A stretch of DNA of 64,000 bases, taken from Aquificaceae bacterium (GTDB taxonomy: Bacteria > Aquificota > Aquificia > Aquificales > Aquificaceae). The stretch is from NCBI GenBank assembly GCA_037924335.1, contig JAXSMZ010000003.1:1-64000 (forward strand), written 5' to 3'. Positions 1-8,906 of the stretch are shown piece by piece (position 1 is the stretch's first letter; each line of letters opens with the position of its first letter). Position numbers and translations under genes: made by a program. The notes under the pieces are model-generated. The model saw only the letters and a list, made by a program, of their open reading frames with translations. It did no database searches and was not told the origin of the DNA.

Positions 1-236
1 CTATCAATTAGGTAGTATCTTTCATCCACTTGTGGTAGACATGCAAGTTTTAATATGATGGTTTGCATATAAGGTAGCAGTTTCTCAAGTCTTCTTGAGA
101 AGGTAGATTTATCAGGGACTTTAGGGAAGAGATGACTACTCAAGAGCTTTTGAGTAGTTTGCACAGAAATCTGTTCTATGGGAATACACTATAGGGAGCT
201 TTTTTACCATATCTCTTTATAACTTGCAACTCGGGT
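1..236 (-). mobile_element. IS982-family-like insertion sequence remnant (left end plus disrupted transposase), runs off the window
   Basis: Minus-strand 236-221 reads ACCCGAGTTGCAAGTT, resembling IS982-type terminal IRs. ATG at 210 gives MVKKLPIVYS... and stops after 24 codons. Another frame reads LFPKVPDKSTFSRRLEKLLPY...RYYLIDS, the FP..P..S.F.RR...IDS pattern of IS982/DDE_Tnp_1 transposases. Confidence 0.65.
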
Positions 237-254
237 TATAATAATTAGGAATAA

Positions 255-328
255 GGAGGGTGTAGCTCAGCTGGCAGAGCAGTGGACTGTGGATCCACGG
301 GTCGCGGGTTCGACTCCCGTCACCCTCC
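255..328 (+). tRNA. tRNA-His(GTG)
   Basis: Cloverleaf: G-1 at 255, acceptor GAGGGTG/CACCCTC, anticodon arm GTGGA-CTGTGGA-TCCAC, T-loop TTCGACT, discriminator C328. Confidence 0.97.
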
Positions 329-332
329 CATA

Positions 333-1484
333 TCAGGATATTAGAATGTTTCCCTTTATCCTAAAGATCCCCAACTCCAATTTATCTCCCTTAGGTACGT
401 TGAGAGGTAAACTCTTTATATCAAAAATTACACTTGCGGTTTCATCGAGTAGGTAGGCATCTACAAAGTACATACCGTACAGGAGTGGAAAGTCCTCAAA
501 GGAGAAAAGAACATCCCTCTCGCCATCCACATTAACCTTTCTCATCTCGTGCTCTGTTGAGTATACACCAATACGTAGATTATCATTTCTTCTAAACATT
601 ACAGCAACAACAACCCTCTCTTTTTTATTCGACCTTACTCTTATCCATGCCTTGAGCGTATCTCCAGGTTTTATCTCGTTGTGAGAGAGTTTAAAGTCTT
701 CTATGTAAGCATGGGCAACGTTAGTCCTTTGGGTATTGCTTTGCTCCTCGTTTACCTTATCCTTTTCCCTCATGTAGTCCTCATACTCCTTCACAACGCT
801 GAAGGGGTCCCCTTCCATCTGCACCTTTCCATCCTTTAGCCATATAGCTCTGTCGCATACGTTTGTTATCTGATACATGGAATGTGTCGTGAAGATAAGA
901 GTACCACCCCTGTCCCTGAATTCCCTTACCTTATCAAAGGATTTCTTTTGAAAGTGTATATCTCCAACGGAAAGCGCCTCGTCTATTATGAAAATCTCCG
1001 GTTCAAGGGCTATCATAACTGAGAATGCCAACCTAACTATCATGCCCGTTGAGTAGGTCTTAATAGGTTGATAGAAGAAGTTTCCAAGTTCAGAAAAATC
1101 TACTATAAAGTTTAGCCTTTTATCTATTTCACCCTTAGACAGTCCCATGAGAGAAGCGTACATATAGGTATTTTCAATTCCTGTGAACTCAGGATGGAAA
1201 CCAGCTCCCAATTCAAGTATGGCACATACCCTACCATCAACCCTTACGTGACCAGATGTGGGAGACTGAACGCCAGATATTATGGAAAGAAGTGTGCTTT
1301 TCCCAGCCCCATTCTCTCCTACAACACCAAGAGCCTCTCCTTTTCTAACTTTTATGCTCACATCCTTGAGGGCTACTTTCTCGTAGCTAAAGCTCCTTCT
1401 GAAGAGCAACTCCTTTAACCTGTCCACTGGCTTTCTGTATATTCTGTAAACCTTTGAAACATCCTTTAGCTCTACAATATGCAT
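333..1484 (-). CDS. wzt: Polysaccharide ABC exporter ATP-binding protein with C-terminal Wzt_C-like domain
   Basis: GENGAGKST Walker A, ELGAGFHPEFTG, YSTGMIVRLAFS, IIDEALSVGD, plus a ~130-aa beta-rich C-terminal extension. Confidence 0.9.
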   Translation of the reverse strand: MHIVELKDVSKVYRIYRKPVDRLKELLFRRSFSYEKVALKDVSIKVRKGEALGVVGENGAGKSTLLSIISGVQSPTSGHVRVDGRVCAILELGAGFHPEFTGIENTYMYASLMGLSKGEIDKRLNFIVDFSELGNFFYQPIKTYSTGMIVRLAFSVMIALEPEIFIIDEALSVGDIHFQKKSFDKVREFRDRGGTLIFTTHSMYQITNVCDRAIWLKDGKVQMEGDPFSVVKEYEDYMREKDKVNEEQSNTQRTNVAHAYIEDFKLSHNEIKPGDTLKAWIRVRSNKKERVVVAVMFRRNDNLRIGVYSTEHEMRKVNVDGERDVLFSFEDFPLLYGMYFVDAYLLDETASVIFDIKSLPLNVPKGDKLELGIFRIKGNILIS

Positions 1485-1508
1485 AACTTCCCTTTTATAA
1501 TTATAAAC

Positions 1509-2675
1509 ATGGTCTTTTCCTATAAGGGTGTTTACAAAAGCGGTCCAGTAGAGGGCCTTTTGGAAGCGGAGAGCAAAACGGAAGCAGTTGCAAAGTTAAA
1601 ATCTCAGGGTGTAAAAGTCCTCAGCCTCCGTGAGGTAAAACTAAAAGAATCCAAGGTTGACTCAAGCTTTATTGAGAGGTTCACGTCAAACCTCTTACAG
1701 CTCCTGAGGTCTGGACTAACGGTTGATAAGGCTCTCATGTTCATAGCAGAGAGGGAGAAAAAACATCGTGAAAGTCTCCTGAAGGTCTATGAGGAAATAA
1801 GGTCTGGTAGCAGTTTAAGTTTGGCTCTGCACTTTTCCAACCTGTTTCCAGAGTTCTACGTGCAGATGCTGAGGTCAGCAGAAGAGAGCGGTAGCTTGGA
1901 AGAAACGCTCCATCTTATACTTGAGTTCATAAGGGAAGAGAATCAACTAAAAAGTAGTGTAAAGACAGCAATGGTTTACCCATCCTTTGTGCTTTTTGTA
2001 TCTCTTACCTCTCTTCTTATAATATCCACATACGTAGTACCAAAGTTCAAGCTTGTTTTTCAGAGCACAGATATAAAGCTTCCAATGCTCACTAGGGTGA
2101 TGTTCTTCTTCACAGATATAATAAACTACCTCATAGTAAGTATGATCCTGTTCCTGTCTTTGTCTTTTCTGTATGTTAGGTACGCTCTGAAGGACAGAAA
2201 CCGGAGGTTGAGCTTTGAAAACATCCTTTTTAGGATGCCCCTCCTTAGAAAGTTCCTTTTGGATACGGAAATAGTCAGAACATTTCAGACTCTCTACACA
2301 CTCGTTAAGGGAGGTGTTACTCTAAACCATGCCCTTGACCTTGCTCAAAAGGTACCAGTTACAATAAGGATGAGGGATGCTCTGCTTACTCTGAAAAAGG
2401 ATGTAGTAAAGGGTTCCTCCCTATCTAAGGCTATGAAGTCTGTGAATATCTTCCCAGACATGGCCATAGAAGTGGTTTCTGTTGGAGAGCAGACTGGAGA
2501 GCTTCCAGGTGCCTTTTATCAGATATACACAACGTATAACGAGGAATTCAAGACCCTTATAAGAAGGTTCCTTAGCTTTCTTGAACCAGCCATAATACTC
2601 ATAATGGGCCTATTTGTAGGTCTTATAGTCTTCTCCATGATGCTGGCAGTCTTTAGCCTCTCCGAAGGCATATAA
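1509..2675 (+). CDS. Type II secretion/type IV pilus inner-membrane platform protein (GspF/PilC family)
   Basis: Two GspF repeats (LLRSGL...SAEESGSL; VGEQTGEL...LEPAIILIMG) and TM helices. Start moved to ATG 1509 because the longer ORF overlaps wzt. Confidence 0.9.
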   Translation: MVFSYKGVYKSGPVEGLLEAESKTEAVAKLKSQGVKVLSLREVKLKESKVDSSFIERFTSNLLQLLRSGLTVDKALMFIAEREKKHRESLLKVYEEIRSGSSLSLALHFSNLFPEFYVQMLRSAEESGSLEETLHLILEFIREENQLKSSVKTAMVYPSFVLFVSLTSLLIISTYVVPKFKLVFQSTDIKLPMLTRVMFFFTDIINYLIVSMILFLSLSFLYVRYALKDRNRRLSFENILFRMPLLRKFLLDTEIVRTFQTLYTLVKGGVTLNHALDLAQKVPVTIRMRDALLTLKKDVVKGSSLSKAMKSVNIFPDMAIEVVSVGEQTGELPGAFYQIYTTYNEEFKTLIRRFLSFLEPAIILIMGLFVGLIVFSMMLAVFSLSEGI

Positions 2676-2678
2676 AAC

Positions 2679-3587
2679 ATGGAGATAAGACCTTACAGGG
2701 AAGGTGATGAGAAGAACATAGTGGAACTCTTCAAAATAGTATTTAACAAAGATATGAGCTTGGAGCTTTGGAGATGGAAGTACAGACTACATGGACTTGG
2801 TACCATGGTATACGTTGCAGAGGACAATGGAAAGATAGTGGCTCATTACGGTGCTGTTCCAAGGAGATGCTCCTTCTTTGGGAAGGATGTAATATCGGCT
2901 GTAATATCTGATAGCATGGCACACCCAAGCTATAGAGGCATATTTACCAAAGAGGGAGTTTTTGTAAGGCTTGCAAAGGAATACATAGAAGCTCATGCAC
3001 CAAAGATAGGTGATAGATTGATAGATTTTGGCTACGGATTTCCTATGGAGAGGGCTAGGCTGTTAGCCCTTAGACTTGGTCTCTACGAGGATGTAGAGCA
3101 ATGCAAGGAGCTTCTTGTAAAGAGTGGCGGCAAAAGGTTCTACGAGAGCATAAAGAGGATAGAGAATCTGTATATGGCAGACAGGCTTTGGGAAGAGATG
3201 AATGAACCAAGGTTGATAATAAACTTCAGAGACAGGAAATCCTTAGAGTGGAGGTACTCCATGCCAGATGCTCAATTTTCCTTTTTTCTTTACAGGTCTT
3301 TCTTCTTCCCAAAGGCTCTTCTTGTTCTTAGAACAGATACAAAACCACCCAAGCTTTACGATTATGTGGGTAACATCAGGCATCTGTCAAGGGCTTTTTC
3401 GGCTTTGCACAGCAAGGTAGGAGACTACATTGTAAAGGTACCACCGTGGATAGCTGAAGGTCTCAAAAACTTGAAGTTAGAAGATATGGGGTCTAAGAGC
3501 TACCTTGTTGCCAACAAGCTTACAGGACCACGGGCTGAAGAGATAAGGGGAAGGTTCTTCTACATGTGGGGGGACGAGGACACTTAG
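2679..3587 (+). CDS. GNAT-family N-acetyltransferase
   Basis: IRPYREGD..IVELF N-terminus and DSMAHPSYRG acetyl-CoA-binding-like motif. Confidence 0.7.
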   Translation: MEIRPYREGDEKNIVELFKIVFNKDMSLELWRWKYRLHGLGTMVYVAEDNGKIVAHYGAVPRRCSFFGKDVISAVISDSMAHPSYRGIFTKEGVFVRLAKEYIEAHAPKIGDRLIDFGYGFPMERARLLALRLGLYEDVEQCKELLVKSGGKRFYESIKRIENLYMADRLWEEMNEPRLIINFRDRKSLEWRYSMPDAQFSFFLYRSFFFPKALLVLRTDTKPPKLYDYVGNIRHLSRAFSALHSKVGDYIVKVPPWIAEGLKNLKLEDMGSKSYLVANKLTGPRAEEIRGRFFYMWGDEDT

Positions 3588-4045
3588 CGTTTTTTGTTCC
3601 CTATAAAGTACTCTTCGGAACATAAAGTCAAAAGTATATACTCTTTGTCCCCCACTCTGAACCTTATAGCTTTTCTTCCATCGTAGGAGAAGATGGAATC
3701 TACTGGCAGTATATACCTGTAAAGAAGAGAATTATCCCACGGGTCATACTCCTCATAGAACACACCATCCTTTCCAGCGTCCAAATGAACCCTTACAAAC
3801 TCCTCTGTAAGTCCAAAGGATGTAAGGTATGTTATGCCTTCACTTCTAAACTCCAGGCTGTGGCATCCTATCAACTGTCTCTGGACTGTGTAGATAAAGT
3901 GATCCACTTTTTTCTCCTGAACCTTTCTCTTGTAGAGGTCAAGAGTTTTTAAGGATGTGTTTATGAGATAAGACAGAGAAAGAGCCACAAAGAGGCTAAG
4001 GACTGTTGCCACAAGGAGCTCTATGAGAGTAAAGCCTTTACTCAT
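3584..4045 (-). CDS. Minor pseudopilin (GspJ-like)
   Basis: Prepilin motif KG|FTLIELLVA with hydrophobic helix; follows the gspI- and gspK-like genes. Confidence 0.75.
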   Translation of the reverse strand: MSKGFTLIELLVATVLSLFVALSLSYLINTSLKTLDLYKRKVQEKKVDHFIYTVQRQLIGCHSLEFRSEGITYLTSFGLTEEFVRVHLDAGKDGVFYEEYDPWDNSLLYRYILPVDSIFSYDGRKAIRFRVGDKEYILLTLCSEEYFIGNKKR

Positions 4046-4823
4046 ATGTCCTTCCACAGTCTACTATGTAGCCAGTCTTTTCAAAGATGCAAAAAAGACC
4101 ATGAGAGAAAAGACCATTCTCCGACCTTACGCTTATTCTAAAGTATTGGGGAAGTATGCTGGAATAAAGAGCAGTCTCTATGATGGTCTCTTTTCCTGGA
4201 AAGATGGGCTTTAGGCTCTCCTTGGAAAAGTGTTCAACCCTCTCCCTCAGCTTTACTATCTGGTCTGCATCATCTTTGCTAAAGCCAACTGCCTGAAGAA
4301 CCAAAGGGCTTGCGTAGTTAACGTTTACCAAAGTTGGGACTATGCTTATGTAATCCTTTGCTCTCTTGTAATCTTCCTCGCTCATGTAGTGTTTGAGCTG
4401 GGAGAGGGACAAAAAAACACTCTTCCTTCTGTCTGAAACAAGCCTTTGGGATATTTCCCTTGCTCTATCTTGCTTTGTACCAAGGAGCAAAAAGAGCCTC
4501 TCTAAGGATTGGACATCGGCAGTGTTCACGCTGAGCTTTGCATCCTCTGGCTCTACAACCACCCTGTAAACTCTGTTTTGATAACCGAATTCCCTATCTA
4601 CATTGACTACCCGCTGGGGGTTTTTTGAAAGAAAGACCTGGTTCCTTGTCTCTGTAAGGACGGCTTTTGCAACGGCGAGCATCTCCAATGTTTGCATATA
4701 GCTCTCTGAGCTCCTTGCAAGAGTTCCCCTGTAGAAGTAAAGCCCACCCACTACCATCATAAGGACAAAGGAGACAAAGCCAAGAGACCAAAGGACGTAT
4801 ATGAGTATGCTCCCTCTTTTCAT
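4038..4823 (-). CDS. GspK-like minor pseudopilin
   Basis: KRG|SILIYVLW (no Glu5), EDAKLSVNTA and VNVNYASPLVLQAVG motifs. Confidence 0.8.
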   Translation of the reverse strand: MKRGSILIYVLWSLGFVSFVLMMVVGGLYFYRGTLARSSESYMQTLEMLAVAKAVLTETRNQVFLSKNPQRVVNVDREFGYQNRVYRVVVEPEDAKLSVNTADVQSLERLFLLLGTKQDRAREISQRLVSDRRKSVFLSLSQLKHYMSEEDYKRAKDYISIVPTLVNVNYASPLVLQAVGFSKDDADQIVKLRERVEHFSKESLKPIFPGKETIIETALYSSILPQYFRISVRSENGLFSHGLFCIFEKTGYIVDCGRTYE

Positions 4824-5173
4824 TCTATCCTTGGGAGGAGGTACCACCTATCTTTTATCTTAGTCTGGTAGGAATCGGATGGAATGGATTGGTCTCCCAG
4901 TTTGAACATATAAGGACATCTTGTGGCTTCTACCCCTTTTTGCTCCAGCTTTTGGCAGTAAAGCTCACCCTCCTTGGTTGTCCCCCTGTTTAGTATGCTG
5001 ATATCCCTGTAGAGAGCAACGTAGACATATTTGGAAAGGTCAGAGATGCTCCCATCCTTTTCTTTTCTTTTCAGATTCAAGGTCAGGCTTGATACAGAAA
5101 AGTAAAAAAGAGATGTGCCAAGTATTGCCAAAGTGAAAGCCACTATTACTTCCAAAAGGGTAAAGCCCTTCAT
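4820..5173 (-). CDS. Minor pseudopilin (GspI-like)
   Basis: KG|FTLLEVIVAFTL prepilin N-methylation motif; 117 aa. Confidence 0.75.
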   Translation of the reverse strand: MKGFTLLEVIVAFTLAILGTSLFYFSVSSLTLNLKRKEKDGSISDLSKYVYVALYRDISILNRGTTKEGELYCQKLEQKGVEATRCPYMFKLGDQSIPSDSYQTKIKDRWYLLPRIE

Positions 5174-5937
5174 CTACTCTTTCTTTCCAGGTACCTGTCT
5201 ATCAGGATGGTAAAGTTGGCAAGGCTGTCAAAGGCATGGTAAATGACCCTTAAAAAGTCGTTCTGCACAAGCTTCTTCAAAGTGTGAGGGTCAAAAGCCT
5301 TTAGCTTCTCTATGTCTATAGTGTTTACCCTAACCCTTATGTCCTTGTAGATTATGTCCCTTGGAACCAAAAGCTTTAAATCCTCTATGGTCTTCAAAAA
5401 AACCTGTCTTATCTGATTGCCAGAGATAAAGGAAAAAAGAGGGTCCACAAAGTTCTTCTGGGCGTATTGTGTTAGCTCTCCTTCCTCATCTACCATCAGC
5501 TCCCCATCTTCGTAACTCCATCCAGGGCAATCAAGACCTATGATGAGACCTATCTGGTCTGTTCCTGGCACATTTCGGCTTGTAAATGGATACTTCTTGC
5601 AGGCAATTAGCCTGTCCTCTCCCAAAAGGCAACCCCTGTTTGGGTCCAAGTAGACACATCCAGCCTCGTCATCCACATCCGTATAGCCGAGGGTAAGAGC
5701 ATAAACGACCCTTACATCCAAGCTCAAGGATCCATCTTCCCTTTTTGTGTAAGGAAAGACTACAGGGAAAAAACGGGAAGCAGAGGGGATCTCATGAAGA
5801 GCTATTGAAGTATCCCTTGCTCGCAGACAGCAGTTAACTGGACACTGCGCCTCTAAACACTTCCAGCGCAGTCCTCTGTGCCTTTCCCTGTCTAAAGGCT
5901 CCGAGGGTTCAAAGAACCTGACCTCTTTCTCTACCAT
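5170..5937 (-). CDS. YkgJ-like cysteine-cluster protein
   Basis: C-x4-C-x3-CC ... CVYL...C...R..ACKKYPF...CPG pattern. Confidence 0.65.
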   Translation of the reverse strand: MVEKEVRFFEPSEPLDRERHRGLRWKCLEAQCPVNCCLRARDTSIALHEIPSASRFFPVVFPYTKREDGSLSLDVRVVYALTLGYTDVDDEAGCVYLDPNRGCLLGEDRLIACKKYPFTSRNVPGTDQIGLIIGLDCPGWSYEDGELMVDEEGELTQYAQKNFVDPLFSFISGNQIRQVFLKTIEDLKLLVPRDIIYKDIRVRVNTIDIEKLKAFDPHTLKKLVQNDFLRVIYHAFDSLANFTILIDRYLERKSR

Positions 5938-7649
5938 TGAAGAGCGTATCCCAGCATTGGAAGGTCAACTGCATAGTACCACTTACCATCTATGTAAACC
6001 CATATGTTGCCCTTTATCTTCTGCTCTATGCTTCTCTCCTGCTCCCTTATTGGTTTGCCCATTATCTGTCCTGGAAGCCTTGCCTTTATGTATCCGTCGC
6101 ATGCTGCCAAGACAGAGTCCTCTAATATCTTACATTTTTCAAGTTTGTAGTCCAATATGTTTGCATTTATGTTCTTCATCATCTGCTCATGCATACCCTC
6201 AGATATACCGCTCCTGTAAGTTGGGTCAAGCATGCTGTAAACACACTTATAGTCGTTCTTCTTCCTACACTCCACGTATCTGTTGACTGTCTTTATGAGA
6301 AGGTCCTTGTCTGGCTTTGGCATTTCGTAGAGGCTATCTATGCTGTTGGCTTTTATATCCTTTGCTCTGTATATCCATACCTTTTCCTTTTGGTCCTCTA
6401 CGGGATAAAAGACCCTAAAGAGGCCCTCTCCAAGGTATGCTACCTTTGGGCTTCCTGTTGCAACCCATGGCTTTTCTATGAGCAAGTCCTTTTTAAGGAG
6501 CTTGCCTTTGGAATCTATTACAGAGACCATGACAGTTGGAACTGTCAGCCTTCTGTCCATGTAGGCAACAACGGCATATTCACTAGAAGAGTCGTAAGAT
6601 GTTAAGTTGCTTGTGAACATAAAAGGTTTTTCACCAACTAACCTCTCAAAGGTTTTGCCATTGTATGAATAAAAGACGTTTAACCTCTGTGGAAGGGAGT
6701 ATCCTTCAACATCCACAGGCTTTGTTGGTATGCCTGCACCAAACACGAGAGGAGTTCCACCAAGGAGTCCTACCTGAAGTATGTCAAAATTGTTGACAAG
6801 GTCCTTTGGCTTTTCTATAGCATACTCCTTCTTCTTTTCAAAGGCTCTGTCGTAAACTATTATGTTTACCTTTGAAGAAAGCTCGTAGGGGCTTAAGACA
6901 AATCCATCCTTGTACTCATAAAAGTCAAAGTCAGTGGAGCTGTTTCCCGTATATAGTAGCTTTTCGGAGTTATCGGATAGGAACCTAACACGCACTTCGG
7001 ACATTTTGCCACCCTTTCCAGCCTTTGTGTAAACAAGTGCAAACCCCTTGCTTGTGTAAACAGACTTTACAGAAAGGACAGGGTTTTGGTCAAATCCTAT
7101 GACTTCTTCCTTTTCGGGAAACTGGTCGTTTTTTACAAGTAAATAGGCAGCCTTTACGTAGGGGGGAGTCTCATCTATCCAAGAGAGGAGCATATTACCC
7201 TTTCCGTCAAAGGCAAAGGATGCCGGTCTTAGAACTTGCTCTAAGCTGGAAAGCTCCTTTGTGTAGAGAACCTTCCCATCTGGCTCCATCTTTATGAGTA
7301 TTAGCTTTTTGGGACCCCATCTTACAGGCTGAGAGAAGTAAAGATACTTGCCATCAAAAGCATAGGAAAAGCTCATAGGAACCCCGCCAATCTTCTTGTA
7401 CTTGTCCATTATTTCCCTGTTTATAATCCTGTCTTCTTTTCCGTTGTAATAATGGGTATAACCATCTTGGTCTTGATAGAAAAAGACAACCCTATCTTTT
7501 GTGTTTAGTTCCTTCACAAACATATACTTCTCTGGACTGTAGTCAGTGCTGACTTTTGTCTTTACATCAATGGGTTTGACCTCTGGCTTTTTTGTACAAG
7601 AACTCAATAAAGACAAAAAGATCAAAAACGGAACTAAGAATCTTAACAT
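5931..7649 (-). CDS. Large lipoprotein of unknown function (beta-rich, possible propeller)
   Basis: Signal peptide with lipobox LLSS|C; 572-aa ORF with an AAGGAG SD. Confidence 0.7.
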   Translation of the reverse strand: MLRFLVPFLIFLSLLSSCTKKPEVKPIDVKTKVSTDYSPEKYMFVKELNTKDRVVFFYQDQDGYTHYYNGKEDRIINREIMDKYKKIGGVPMSFSYAFDGKYLYFSQPVRWGPKKLILIKMEPDGKVLYTKELSSLEQVLRPASFAFDGKGNMLLSWIDETPPYVKAAYLLVKNDQFPEKEEVIGFDQNPVLSVKSVYTSKGFALVYTKAGKGGKMSEVRVRFLSDNSEKLLYTGNSSTDFDFYEYKDGFVLSPYELSSKVNIIVYDRAFEKKKEYAIEKPKDLVNNFDILQVGLLGGTPLVFGAGIPTKPVDVEGYSLPQRLNVFYSYNGKTFERLVGEKPFMFTSNLTSYDSSSEYAVVAYMDRRLTVPTVMVSVIDSKGKLLKKDLLIEKPWVATGSPKVAYLGEGLFRVFYPVEDQKEKVWIYRAKDIKANSIDSLYEMPKPDKDLLIKTVNRYVECRKKNDYKCVYSMLDPTYRSGISEGMHEQMMKNINANILDYKLEKCKILEDSVLAACDGYIKARLPGQIMGKPIREQERSIEQKIKGNIWVYIDGKWYYAVDLPMLGYALQW

Positions 7650-7663
7650 AACGAAGCTCCTTT

Positions 7664-7687
7664 AAAAAAGAGCCCCCCGAAGGGGGA
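7664..7687 (-). terminator. Rho-independent terminator after the 373-aa secreted-protein gene
   Basis: Minus strand reads CCCCC-TTCG-GGGGG followed by CTCTTTTTT. Confidence 0.8.
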
Positions 7688-7693
7688 CGCCTT

Positions 7694-8815
7694 TTATTTT
7701 ACATACCACTGCTGGTGCTGTGGTGTGACCGCATAACCATAACCGCTTGCAAACTCGACCTTGTACTCGACGATGGCATCGCCAAGCTCAGTTCCAGCAC
7801 CGTTACCATTACATACTTGTATACCTACAGGTGCCTCATTCTCAAGACATCTTGGAGAGATGTTGTACCATCCGCCATCTGCTATGAAGGTAACTAAACC
7901 AGAGTCCACCATCATGCTTGGAGGTAGCTGGGCAAAACAGACAACATCGTTTGTTCTCGATACAGACCTAAAGTCCTCAAGCCTGTTGTAAACACCAAGG
8001 TTATAACCTTCGGCAGCGTCCATACGTGCTTCGAGCCTGATCCTTGCATTGTATCCAGATGTAACAAGGTTTAATGAATTAAGATCATCAGCTAGTTCAT
8101 TTGTTCCAGCTAAGTTCACAGCTATAACGTAAGCGCCCGTGTTTGCAGTCCTGGGCGGAAGGAACATAAACCTGCTGAGAGTTCCAGCCGTGGTGTTATC
8201 AAAAACTGTAGCTGCACCAGCAGAGAAGGGAGTTGCTTGAAGATAGTTACATACTCCACAACCAGGCGCATCAATAGACACGTTACCACCCGGAGAAGGA
8301 GCATTGTGTGTTACGGTAAGGGCTCTTTGAGAGTATAGGAACCCAGAACCAAGGTTGAAGATTATAGCCTCTGATGTTAGAGTTCCATCAGCACCCATTG
8401 CTCCAGTATCATCGTAGTTTTCAAGAACAAGGAATCCTTCTGCTGGGGCTGGGGCTGGTGGTGTTATGAGGGCTCCTCCAACGCTGTCAGTAGATGGGAA
8501 AACTGTTCCAAAACCTCCACCCACAGTGCTAAGAACCGTAGTGGTAAGGTCGTTCTGCGTTGTTTTTGACCTTCCGTCCAAGTGTGTGCAAGCAGCTGTC
8601 AGGTTTGTTGGGTCCTTCACCTGGTAGGTTGCATGGACAAAGACCTGTCCTCCGGCTGGTGGGGCTTGGGTGTTGACGTAAGAAACTACAGAAACCCAAC
8701 CGCTCCCTACCTTGATGGCTGGTATAAGGTTGGCATGAGCCTTTGCGGTGCTGTTGGCACCAAAGAGGGCTGCGCTTGCTAGAACTGCTGCTGTGAGCTT
8801 CTTGTTAGCTCTCAT
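7694..8815 (-). CDS. Secreted Ala/Gly/Thr/Val-rich protein, candidate major surface or S-layer protein
   Basis: Sec signal peptide (...STAKA|HA). Has a consensus promoter, perfect SD AAGGAGGTG and its own terminator. The function is inferred only. Confidence 0.55.
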   Translation of the reverse strand: MRANKKLTAAVLASAALFGANSTAKAHANLIPAIKVGSGWVSVVSYVNTQAPPAGGQVFVHATYQVKDPTNLTAACTHLDGRSKTTQNDLTTTVLSTVGGGFGTVFPSTDSVGGALITPPAPAPAEGFLVLENYDDTGAMGADGTLTSEAIIFNLGSGFLYSQRALTVTHNAPSPGGNVSIDAPGCGVCNYLQATPFSAGAATVFDNTTAGTLSRFMFLPPRTANTGAYVIAVNLAGTNELADDLNSLNLVTSGYNARIRLEARMDAAEGYNLGVYNRLEDFRSVSRTNDVVCFAQLPPSMMVDSGLVTFIADGGWYNISPRCLENEAPVGIQVCNGNGAGTELGDAIVEYKVEFASGYGYAVTPQHQQWYVK

Positions 8816-8848
8816 GATTCCACCTCCTTAAATTTTTAGGTTGTTTTT

Positions 8849-8877
8849 AGTATAGCAAAAGTTTTTGGCTTTGTCAA
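8849..8877 (-). promoter_or_regulatory. Sigma70 promoter of the 373-aa gene
   Basis: TTGACA-N17-TATACT with extended -10 TG. Confidence 0.85.
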
Positions 8878-8906
8878 GTGGTTTGTTTTTGTTTTTCAGC
8901 CTTTTT

